A stretch of DNA of 64,000 nucleotides from the NCBI GenBank assembly GCA_964472785.1, contig CAYYMH010000004.1:389-64388 (forward strand). Direction: 5' to 3'. Position numbers and translations under genes: made by a program. Positions 50,923-59,835 of the stretch are shown here, piece after piece. The DNA is from an uncultured Cytophagia bacterium. Lineage in GTDB: Bacteria > Zhuqueibacterota > Zhuqueibacteria > Thermofontimicrobiales > Thermofontimicrobiaceae. The first letter of the stretch is position 1. Each line of letters opens with the position of its first letter. The notes under the pieces are model-generated. The model was not told where the DNA came from. It saw only the letters and a list, made by a program, of their open reading frames with translations, and searched no databases.

Positions 50923-51960
50923 TTATTTTTTACGCATGCTTGGGGATAGTCCGGAAAAAATCGTCAAAGCCACTGGTAAATATAACAGGATCAAAACAAT
51001 CAATGCACCGGCAATTTTTTGAATATCCTGTTGATTGTGGGCGCCTTGCAAGATATAAGCTAATATGAGCAAAATACCGGTAATGTTATGTATTTTAATC
51101 GTCAATTCATTTGCTGGTGCTATCTTTTGTCCATCATCTTTATTCTGATACAAAATGCTAAACGCTTGCCAAAACCAGGGTAATGTCATCAATCCAATAA
51201 AAACGAAATAACTCGTCAGGTTGAGAAAAGGCACTACCACTATGATTAAATAACTGATCGCCATGCTAATTCCGTAGAACCATACTGCCTTTTTTACACC
51301 AAATCTAACCACCAGATTCATCTTCCCTGCCTGACGATCCTCTTTGACATCCGGGATTTCGTTGATAATAATCATCCCAAACATCATAAATCCGAGGGGA
51401 AGTACCGCAAATAGAGGTTCCCAAGCCAACTGTTGTGTTTGAACAAAATAGGAGCCTAAGCCAATCGTGATGCTAAAGTTGATAAGCTGGGACAATTCCC
51501 CAAACCCGCGGTATCCGTAACGAATTGGTGGCGCCGTGTAAAAATAAGCGCAACTCATGCCAAAGCCGCCGATCAAAAAAACCATCCATCCTCGAACCGC
51601 TGTTAAATAAAGTCCCAGAGCGATCGTGATAAAATAACCAATTGTGAACACCTTCAACATACTTTCCGGTTTTACGAATCCTGCGGTCAAAACACCACTA
51701 CCGCCCGCGTACGGATTCTGATGTTTTCCTTTCACATCAACAACGTGCTTGTAATCAAAATAATCATCCGTTATATTCAGGGCAATGTGATTCACTGTTA
51801 CGCCAATGACAGCAACCAGAAAATACCAGAAATGGAATTTACCGGTCGTTGCCCATGCAACCACACCGGCTAATATCGCCGGAAGAAAGCTGGGTGGCAC
51901 AAAATGATATCGAAATGCCTGCCACCAGATTTGCCACCTTTTTGTATGGTTTTTCAACAA
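50923..51960 (-). CDS. UbiA-family prenyltransferase, MenA-like
   Basis: DDYFD, GGSG, YTAPP...YRGFGE, NEIPD..ED...GK. Confidence 0.8.
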   Translation of the reverse strand: MLKNHTKRWQIWWQAFRYHFVPPSFLPAILAGVVAWATTGKFHFWYFLVAVIGVTVNHIALNITDDYFDYKHVVDVKGKHQNPYAGGSGVLTAGFVKPESMLKVFTIGYFITIALGLYLTAVRGWMVFLIGGFGMSCAYFYTAPPIRYGYRGFGELSQLINFSITIGLGSYFVQTQQLAWEPLFAVLPLGFMMFGMIIINEIPDVKEDRQAGKMNLVVRFGVKKAVWFYGISMAISYLIIVVVPFLNLTSYFVFIGLMTLPWFWQAFSILYQNKDDGQKIAPANELTIKIHNITGILLILAYILQGAHNQQDIQKIAGALIVLILLYLPVALTIFSGLSPSMRKK

Positions 51961-51988
51961 TTATCGATCACAGTTTAGTTTGGGAAAT

Positions 51989-52513
51989 TTAAAACTTTCC
52001 GTCCATGCGAAATTCCGGAATATCGAACCAAAAGCCCGTACCTTTAATATAATCCAGCTCCGCCTGAATAATGTCGTAATGCGCATCTTCCCATTCTGCC
52101 AATCTGGTAAACAGATTTTTTGCCTCCGGCTCTTCCACCTGATTTGCCTGTTCCCTGAAAAACGAGGCTGCCTTTTTCTCCAAATCCAATGCGGTTTTCA
52201 AAGCGTCAACTTCAGCCAGACCAGACTCCCCTTTGGTGCGTTGCTGTTTCTCCTGTACTTTCGGAGACAAATGTTCGATATCGGACTTTGGTATTTCCAC
52301 CGACTTCCAACTTTTACCGTCCAGCAAATCGTTGAGTTGTTTCTCGATAATCCTTCGATGGTCATGTTCGTCCTGAGCCAATCGAATGAACATGTTTTTG
52401 CCAGTCATATCCTGTGTTTTTCTGGCGAATTTCAAAAATGTTTCCAATCCTTCGTCTTCCACTTTCAGCGCTGTTTTCAGTGCTTTTATCGAGGTTTCAA
52501 TTGAATCGGGCAT
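51989..52513 (-). CDS. Ferritin-like/rubrerythrin diiron-domain protein
   Basis: DEHDH, WEDAH. Confidence 0.85.
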   Translation of the reverse strand: MPDSIETSIKALKTALKVEDEGLETFLKFARKTQDMTGKNMFIRLAQDEHDHRRIIEKQLNDLLDGKSWKSVEIPKSDIEHLSPKVQEKQQRTKGESGLAEVDALKTALDLEKKAASFFREQANQVEEPEAKNLFTRLAEWEDAHYDIIQAELDYIKGTGFWFDIPEFRMDGKF

Positions 52514-52558
52514 GGTGTTTTCTCCGTAGAATATGTTCTTGTTTAGTTGATTCCGCGA

Positions 52559-53509
52559 CTAAAATCTTTTTTGGTAAATATGACAATAGGGTCGCTTTCC
52601 TGTTTTTGAATAATAATCCTGATGATAATCTTCCCCTTCCCAGAATGTATCCGCCTTATCTAATTGAGTCACGACCTTGTAACCTTTGTCTTCCAATTCT
52701 TTGATCAGTTTTTCTGCAATCTGTTTTTGCTCATCATTGGTATAAAAAATCACCGAGCGGTATTGATCGCCAATATCCGGTCCCTGACGATTGATTTGGG
52801 TCGGATCATGAATTTCAAAAAACAATTTTGCCAATTCCTCGTAATCGGTTTGAGTTTTATCGAACACCACTTCCATGGCTTCAGCGTGACCGGTGGTTCC
52901 GGCGCACACATCTTCGTAGGTCGGATTTTGTTTGTGACCGCCCATGTAACCAACCTGTGTCGAAATAACGCCATCGATTTCTTTGAAATGATATTCGACA
53001 CCCCAAAAACAGCCGCCGGCGAAGTAGGCTTTTTCGATTTGCTGATTTTCTTTTTTATCCGCCGGAATAAAATTCATGGAAATCGAATTCACACAGTGAC
53101 GGACATTTTTATCCGTAAATCCTTCTCTTAAAAACACATGTCCCAGATGTGCGCCGCAGTTATTACAAATGATTTCGGTACGGATACCGTCCGCATCCGG
53201 CACATGTTTTACCGCATTTTCAATTTCATCGTCAAAACTGGGCCAACCGCAATGAGACTCAAATTTATCTTCTGACCGATAAAGCGGGGCATTGCATCTT
53301 TTGCACACATAAACGCCTTTTTCATCATGTTTGTAATACGTCCCGGTAAAAGGTCTTTCCGTCCCTTTATGAACGATCACTCGTTCTTCTTCTGGTGTTA
53401 ATTTATCGTATTTCATATTGTTATCCTGTCCAATTAATAAACTATTAACTAATAATAAAAATAACAGAAAGTTAAGTAAAATCCTGGTGAATTTTATCAT
53501 GATTTTCAC
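52559..53509 (-). CDS. msrBA: MsrB-MsrA fusion with signal peptide
   Basis: GTERPF, CGWPSF, HLGHVF, RHCVNS; GCFWG, YHQDY; hydrophobic N-terminus. Confidence 0.92.
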   Translation of the reverse strand: MKIMIKFTRILLNFLLFLLLVNSLLIGQDNNMKYDKLTPEEERVIVHKGTERPFTGTYYKHDEKGVYVCKRCNAPLYRSEDKFESHCGWPSFDDEIENAVKHVPDADGIRTEIICNNCGAHLGHVFLREGFTDKNVRHCVNSISMNFIPADKKENQQIEKAYFAGGCFWGVEYHFKEIDGVISTQVGYMGGHKQNPTYEDVCAGTTGHAEAMEVVFDKTQTDYEELAKLFFEIHDPTQINRQGPDIGDQYRSVIFYTNDEQKQIAEKLIKELEDKGYKVVTQLDKADTFWEGEDYHQDYYSKTGKRPYCHIYQKRF

Positions 53510-53677
53510 CTCCTAAATTGAATGCCTCTAACAATGCTCGAATCAGAGCAAAATCAAGTGAACTGATTAATATCGTTTAAGTTGCCCCATATTAATCATA
53601 TTCCCAAGGTGGGATTTAGTTCCCTCATCTTTTGGACTAATTCATCGAGATTTAGAGGTTGAACAATCACCTTTCAT

Positions 53678-54526
53678 TTATTTTTTGAAGTCAGCGCGAA
53701 TTCGGCTGACATGGTCATCGAAGGTTTCGGTTTCCTCCTGATAAAAAGTTCGCAGGTAAATCGGTGCTTTGCTTTCGGCAAATTTTAGTGCCTTCTGTTT
53801 ATTATCCGGTTGAAAATCATCTGGTAATTCGGCAATATTTTCATTCCAGCTTTTGTAAGTCACTTCTTTATTAAACTCCACGCAAGGCGATAAATCGTGT
53901 ACAAAAGAGAATCCCTTGTGTTGCATCGCCGCTAAAATAGTTTCTGAAACGAGCTTCCGATTTTTTGAAAATACACGGGCAACAAAGGTCGCTCCATACG
54001 AAATCGCCAGTGCAGTCGGATTCAATTGCCGGGAAATATTTCCGTATGGCGAAGTGGCACTGAGCATTCCCATCGGTGACGTCGGTGAAATTTGTCCCTT
54101 AGTCAATCCGTAAATACTATTATCCAGCAGAATATAAGTCAGATTAAAATTATTCCTCGCCGCATGGGGAAAATGTCCGCCGCCGATCCCCACACCGTCG
54201 CCGTCTCCACCGACAACGACAACGTTCAAGTTTGGGTTGGCGATTTTTACTCCTGTTGCCACCGGAATAGCCCTGCCATGCAGCGTGTGAAAACCGAAAC
54301 CATTCACGAAAAACGGAAACCGGCCGGAACAGCCGATACCGGAAACCACCACAAAATCTTTGGAAGGAATGTTCAACTTTTCTGCTGCCTCGTACAGCCC
54401 GTTCAGCGCGGTAAAATGACCGCAGCCCGGACACCATGTGGGCAAATTACCCCGCCATTTCTGCGCGTTTATTTTTTTAGCATATTTCAATCCATCGACA
54501 ACAGATCGCTTACTGAACGAGTTCAT
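53678..54526 (-). CDS. 2-oxoacid:ferredoxin oxidoreductase beta subunit
   Basis: WCPGCG, SGIGCS, GGDGD, YGLTKGQ. Confidence 0.93.
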   Translation of the reverse strand: MNSFSKRSVVDGLKYAKKINAQKWRGNLPTWCPGCGHFTALNGLYEAAEKLNIPSKDFVVVSGIGCSGRFPFFVNGFGFHTLHGRAIPVATGVKIANPNLNVVVVGGDGDGVGIGGGHFPHAARNNFNLTYILLDNSIYGLTKGQISPTSPMGMLSATSPYGNISRQLNPTALAISYGATFVARVFSKNRKLVSETILAAMQHKGFSFVHDLSPCVEFNKEVTYKSWNENIAELPDDFQPDNKQKALKFAESKAPIYLRTFYQEETETFDDHVSRIRADFKK

Positions 54527-56270
54527 GTTGAACCTCCACAATTTTCTCTGCTATTTGAGCGGGGCTTACCGGCTTGACTGCCGGCAGGTGCATTTCAATC
54601 GGCTTGATTCCGTATCTGGATTTCAAAAGCGATGCATACTGACCTTGATAGTTCATTTCCGGAACAATGATTTTCCTGCACGATTCAAAGAAATTTTTGA
54701 ACGACGCTTCATGTTGCGGAAAGATCATGATTGATTTAATGAGTTTCGACTTCGCCCCCTTCTTTCTCGCCATTGCCATCCCTTCCAAAATTGCGCCAAC
54801 ACTCGATCCCCAGGTTGCGATGCCAATATCGGCATCCTCATCTCCATAGACATCGGCTTCCGGAATGTCTTTAATCATTGTGTTAAATTTCTGATGACGC
54901 TTTTCCGTCATCTTCCAGTGCACATCCGACTCGTAATTCGGATTTCCTTCCAAATTATGTTCCAGCCCTGTGATCGTGTAATATGCGCCGGGTTCGCCGG
55001 GTACAATAAGCGGCGAAATGCCATCCTCGGTTAATTGGTATCGGTGATAATTCTTTAATTGATCGTCTGTTGGTTTCTTTCGCGTTGATCGGTTGCGGTC
55101 GATGTTTTCATTAAATTCCACTGTTTCCAACCGTTGCCCCAAAAATAAATCGCTGAGAAAAATAACCGGCGTTTGATATTTTTCAGCTAAATCAAAAGCT
55201 AATTGAATACCGGTGTAACATTCTTCAGTATTTGTTGGCGCCATCACGACGCGCGGAGAGTCGCTCGCACCGCCGTAAAGTGCGATGTTCAAATCTGCCT
55301 GCTCCACTTTGGTCGGTAAGCCAGTTGACGGACCGCCCCGCTGGACATCCACAATCACTGCCGGAATTTCTGCCATGACTGCTAAATTGATCATCTCGCT
55401 CATCAATGCTAATCCGGGACCGGAAGTCGCTGTCATCGCCCGTTTTCCTGTAAACCAGGCGCCAACCACAGAGGAAATAGCTGCAATCTCATCCTCTGTT
55501 TGAATGACCCAGCCGTCCAATTTTGGCAAGTCTTTGGCGCAGATTTCCATTATTTTGGTTGCCGGTGTGATCGGATAACCGGCGTAAAATTTCAATCCGC
55601 AATCCATCGCCCCTTTGGCCAACGCATCGTTGCCGGTAATCAATGTTTTGGCAGGTTTATCAGATTCGAAATCGAGTTCATAATTAAGCGGATAATTTTC
55701 CTCACAATATTCGTATCCTAATTTAAAGGCGTCAATGTTGCTACTGACAACTTTTTCACCTTTTCGACCAAATATTTTCTCGATGTATTTATGAAAAATT
55801 TCTTCGGGTAAATTGTAAATATAACAGAGCGCTCCCATGGCAACAATATTGCGGCCCCGGTCTGTTCCCGATGCTTGATTCGCCAATTTTTTAAGTGGCA
55901 CGCCGTAGCCATTGAGTTCCGGCGGAATATAGGCAGCCAAGCTCTCGCCCTCTTTAACATCGCCCGGCATGCTTGTTTCATAAATCACCGAACCATCTGT
56001 TTTGACATCTTCCAGTTCAACCACTGATTCCAACGCTGCCATTCCCACCAGCACGTCGATTTTATCGCCCATGCTGTAAACTTTTTCTTTGGAAAATCGG
56101 ACAGTCGAAGTTGATTTTCCCAAGCCCCGAATTTCGGCGCTGTAAATGTCATTCACCATGACGTGCATTCCGAAGCTGGCAACAGTACCGGATAGAATTT
56201 TCCCTGAAGAGACGACGCCGTCACCGGCGATTCCACAGAAACGAACCGCTAATTCCTCTAATTTCATCAT
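54510..56270 (-). CDS. 2-oxoacid:ferredoxin oxidoreductase alpha (gamma-alpha fusion)
   Basis: AEIRG, YAGYPITP, TSGPG, QRGGPSTGLPT. Confidence 0.93.
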   Translation of the reverse strand: MMKLEELAVRFCGIAGDGVVSSGKILSGTVASFGMHVMVNDIYSAEIRGLGKSTSTVRFSKEKVYSMGDKIDVLVGMAALESVVELEDVKTDGSVIYETSMPGDVKEGESLAAYIPPELNGYGVPLKKLANQASGTDRGRNIVAMGALCYIYNLPEEIFHKYIEKIFGRKGEKVVSSNIDAFKLGYEYCEENYPLNYELDFESDKPAKTLITGNDALAKGAMDCGLKFYAGYPITPATKIMEICAKDLPKLDGWVIQTEDEIAAISSVVGAWFTGKRAMTATSGPGLALMSEMINLAVMAEIPAVIVDVQRGGPSTGLPTKVEQADLNIALYGGASDSPRVVMAPTNTEECYTGIQLAFDLAEKYQTPVIFLSDLFLGQRLETVEFNENIDRNRSTRKKPTDDQLKNYHRYQLTEDGISPLIVPGEPGAYYTITGLEHNLEGNPNYESDVHWKMTEKRHQKFNTMIKDIPEADVYGDEDADIGIATWGSSVGAILEGMAMARKKGAKSKLIKSIMIFPQHEASFKNFFESCRKIIVPEMNYQGQYASLLKSRYGIKPIEMHLPAVKPVSPAQIAEKIVEVQHELVQ

Positions 56271-56390
56271 TCCGTTCTCTTTTTTATTTAAACCTCACGC
56301 AAAGCCGCGAAAGACGCCAAGAATTTATTGAATTACAATGAGCGAGTTTGGCGTCTTGGCATGATCAATTTGTTCTCATCACGATCAACA

Positions 56391-57392
56391 TTAACCCCAC
56401 CATCTTGCTTTCAACGGTTTACCCATTATTTTAAAGGGGATGGTGTCCTGAATTTTATATTTCTCCTTTTTTCCAACCATATTTTTCCCGGCGATCTCAC
56501 CCTGTTTCTTGGCATTCGGATAACCGAAATTGATCCAGTAATTTTCAAATTCAGGATGATAAATCTCAACACAATCACCGGCAGCAAAAATATCTTCCGC
56601 CGATGTTTGTAAATATTGATCCACTAAAATGCCCAAACTTTTTTCGATTGGTGAACCTTCAATAAAATCAATATTGGGTTGATAATAGTCCCACCCGAAA
56701 ACGATATCAGCTTTGATTTCACGCTTCTCAAGCGTACTCACGATGTATTTTTTCTCTGCTTTTTTGATGGAGACCGGTCTGTCCTGAGCAATAATTCGAA
56801 TCCCTTTGTCATTTAAAAATTGATGGATTTCCTCATTCACTTCTTTATCCAACAGTGGAAAATACGCTTTTTCTCCTTTAACGATGTATGTTACATCTTT
56901 CCCTAAATTGTGCATGCCAGCCAACAAATCCAACGTGCTGAGTCCCTGTCCGAAAACCACGCAATCGTTTACTTTTTCCAGTTGTCTTTTTAATAATAAA
57001 ACGTCTTCCAGTGAATAATACTGTTGCAGATTTTTTTTGAAAGGACGGAGCACCGGACCAAGCTGAGGCCCACCGCCGGTGGCAATGAGCAATTTGTCGT
57101 AACCAATTATTTCATTGTGATTCAGTTTTATTTGCTTGTGTTCAGCGTGAATCGATTTAATGAACTGCCCTTTCCGAAAAATAATGTCATGTTGTCGGAA
57201 TGACGGACAGTCAAAATAGAACAAATTTTCCTCGTCAACTTTTTCACACAAATATTCGGTGAGCAAATGTCTTTTGTAAGGAAGAAATTGTTCCTTGCCG
57301 ATCAAAATAATCTCTGCTTTTTTATCCATTGATCGGACGGTTTGAGCGGCAGTGGTTCCGGCGATTCCCGCACCGACAATCACATGTCTCAT
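56391..57392 (-). CDS. FAD-dependent oxidoreductase, NROR/NirB-like, with degenerate NAD-binding motif
   Basis: GAGIAG, IATG, IFAAGD; second motif reads GQGLST. Confidence 0.75.
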   Translation of the reverse strand: MRHVIVGAGIAGTTAAQTVRSMDKKAEIILIGKEQFLPYKRHLLTEYLCEKVDEENLFYFDCPSFRQHDIIFRKGQFIKSIHAEHKQIKLNHNEIIGYDKLLIATGGGPQLGPVLRPFKKNLQQYYSLEDVLLLKRQLEKVNDCVVFGQGLSTLDLLAGMHNLGKDVTYIVKGEKAYFPLLDKEVNEEIHQFLNDKGIRIIAQDRPVSIKKAEKKYIVSTLEKREIKADIVFGWDYYQPNIDFIEGSPIEKSLGILVDQYLQTSAEDIFAAGDCVEIYHPEFENYWINFGYPNAKKQGEIAGKNMVGKKEKYKIQDTIPFKIMGKPLKARWWG

Positions 57393-57450
57393 CAGAGGTT
57401 TCTCCTCAGCTTTATTTTAAAATTCATTGATGATCTTGCATAAATTAAAA

Positions 57451-59127
57451 CTACTCTTGATCTTCCATTTCCAGGCTGTATTTTGAGATTGAAATGCAAT
57501 CCACCGGACAGACGCGGTAACATTTGCCGCAACGGATGCATTTATTATTATCAATCGCGATCGCCTGTACTTCATTCCAGTTTTTTGCTTCTACGTAATT
57601 CAGATTCCCATCCTCATCGATCTCAATCTCTTTTGCCATTTTGATGCAATCCACGGGCATGACGTCGATACAGGCGAGACAATAGATACACTTCGTGATA
57701 TCAATTTGAAAATTGAAATGGCATAAATAACAACGGCGCGCCTCAATCAGCGACTTCTCATCAGAAAAACCGAGCTCAACTTCCTTTTCCGCGGCTCTTC
57801 TTTCGGAAAGCGGCAATTCGTCCATTGGCTGCCGCTCGATAAAATCGTCCGTGCGTTTTCTACCCGTCGTTGTAACCGGTTCAATATTGACTACTTCCTG
57901 AAAATTTTGGATCTTCGACAAATATCTGTGAACTTCCCGGGCAGCTCTCCTGCCGTCGGCTGCCGCACCAATCACCGTCGAAGCGCCGTTTCTGAAATCG
58001 CCGGCTAAAAACACATTGTCTTCCCGCTGATCCAGAGTTGAACCGATCAAATTCTCTTCCTGTTTTTGTCCGATGGCAAAAACAATCGTGTCCGCATCGA
58101 TAACGAATTCCGAACCCGGGATCGTCTCGATGGATTTATCCTCCTGCAATTCATTCCGAATCAATTCCAGTCCGACCACTTTATTATTCTCTGAAATCAC
58201 AGCCTTTGGTGTTACCAGAAATGAGAAATCAACACCTTCAGCCTCCATGGCAATGATTTCGTGCTCACCGGCACTCATCATATCCTTTGTGAATAAAAAC
58301 GCAATGGTGGTTTTCTCTGCACCCAACCGGTACGCCAGCCTCGCGCAATCTACTGCCGTAAATCCTCCACCGATAACCACTACGTTCCGAACCGGATAAT
58401 CAATCTCCTGCTGATTCGCTGCAATCATAAAATCCAGGCCGTAAAAACACCCTGTGCTGTCCAATCCGGGAATATCCAGCGTTTTTGCCAGCATACAGCC
58501 GCCTGCCATCACCACCGCATCGTATTCTTCGGCTAACACCTGAATTTTATCCTCGGTATCCACCCGGAACTTGGTCTCAATTTCGACGCCCAAATCCGTG
58601 ATTGATTTGACATCTTTTTGCACGACATCATGGGGTAAACGAAATTGCGGCAGTCCGTAACGCAGCATTCCACCCGGCTCATCGAATTGTTCCATGATTG
58701 TCACCTGATAGCCCTTTAATGCAAGGTCATTGGCAACCGTCAATCCGGCGGGACCGGAACCCACGACACAAACTGTTTTTTCGTTTGGTTTGATGTCATC
58801 AACCGAAAGTGGTTTCATTCCAAAATCAGCAGCCGATCTTTTCAAAAAACAAATGGAAACCGGATCGCCCAAGCCGTCCCAGCCGTGGCGGCAGGCACCT
58901 TCACAGGGACGGTGGCACACTCTGCCTAAAATTGACGGAATCACGTTATCGCGCCGATTGATAAAATAGGCTTTTTCGTAGTCACCTTCCATAATCGCCT
59001 GAATGTAACCCGGAATGTCCGTCATGATCGGACAGGCCGCTTTGCAAGGAATATTCACATCAATCCATTTTCGGTCCACAATATCTTTGGAAATTTCAGT
59101 TTGAGTGGCTTGTTTATCACTTGGCAT
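57451..59127 (-). CDS. GltD/SudA-like FeS flavoprotein with C-terminal ferredoxin
   Basis: CKAACP, GRVCHRPCEGAC, GSGPAG, GGGFTAVD, EARRCYLC, CxxCxxC motifs. Confidence 0.85.
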   Translation of the reverse strand: MPSDKQATQTEISKDIVDRKWIDVNIPCKAACPIMTDIPGYIQAIMEGDYEKAYFINRRDNVIPSILGRVCHRPCEGACRHGWDGLGDPVSICFLKRSAADFGMKPLSVDDIKPNEKTVCVVGSGPAGLTVANDLALKGYQVTIMEQFDEPGGMLRYGLPQFRLPHDVVQKDVKSITDLGVEIETKFRVDTEDKIQVLAEEYDAVVMAGGCMLAKTLDIPGLDSTGCFYGLDFMIAANQQEIDYPVRNVVVIGGGFTAVDCARLAYRLGAEKTTIAFLFTKDMMSAGEHEIIAMEAEGVDFSFLVTPKAVISENNKVVGLELIRNELQEDKSIETIPGSEFVIDADTIVFAIGQKQEENLIGSTLDQREDNVFLAGDFRNGASTVIGAAADGRRAAREVHRYLSKIQNFQEVVNIEPVTTTGRKRTDDFIERQPMDELPLSERRAAEKEVELGFSDEKSLIEARRCYLCHFNFQIDITKCIYCLACIDVMPVDCIKMAKEIEIDEDGNLNYVEAKNWNEVQAIAIDNNKCIRCGKCYRVCPVDCISISKYSLEMEDQE

Positions 59128-59174
59128 GCCATTTACTCCAAAATTTATATCCTGCTTGTCGCTCAGATTAATAT

Positions 59175-59657
59175 CTATTCCAAACCTTCAGTCGATTTTA
59201 TCAATTTAATCACGTTTCCCTGAACAAAGAAAACATCCGCTTTATCCCGCTGAATAATTTCCGTAATCAGTCCGGTCTGCGGATTTGGGATGGTAAAAAG
59301 CTGTTTCAATCCGCCGCCGGTGTCAATAACCTCATCCGAAGTAAACTGGATGCCCTGTTTTCTCATCTGTTCCGAAGCCGAATAAATGTCATCCACACAA
59401 TAAGCCATGTGGTGCAACCGGTCACCGTTCTTTTTGACCCATTTGGTAATGATATTATTTTCATCCATTCCCTGATCCACAAAAATGTAAAATGGCGCGC
59501 CCGGCAAATTGAGCACTTTGGATTTTGCTGTGCTGTTGCCAAAATCCATTTCCAATTCCTGAACGATTTGAAAACCGAGTTTATTGGTATAAAATTCGAC
59601 CACCGGATTTAAATCAGCAGTCCGAAAAGCAATATGATCAAGTCGTTTGAGTGACAC
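59175..59657 (-). CDS. VOC-family protein resembling the HPPD catalytic domain
   Basis: LDHIA, LHHMA, LKQLFT, EIIQR, F..GN..L; GTG start with AAGGAG RBS. Confidence 0.75.
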   Translation of the reverse strand: MSLKRLDHIAFRTADLNPVVEFYTNKLGFQIVQELEMDFGNSTAKSKVLNLPGAPFYIFVDQGMDENNIITKWVKKNGDRLHHMAYCVDDIYSASEQMRKQGIQFTSDEVIDTGGGLKQLFTIPNPQTGLITEIIQRDKADVFFVQGNVIKLIKSTEGLE

Positions 59658-59835
59658 GATTTATCTCCTTCTATTTATGACCCATGGAACACACGAAATA
59701 ACTCAAAAATCAAAAAATAGCCTTTCGTGTTTTTTAGTGTGTTTAGCGAAATTAAATTAGATACTAATACTCGCTTTATAATTTCAATTATTTTTCTCTG
59801 TGCCTCTAATTCTCTGTGGCAGTTTCTCTTCAGGA

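Noticed and set aside
57655-57665. Selenocysteine at the missing ferredoxin Cys
   Set aside because: The codon is ATG, not TGA.
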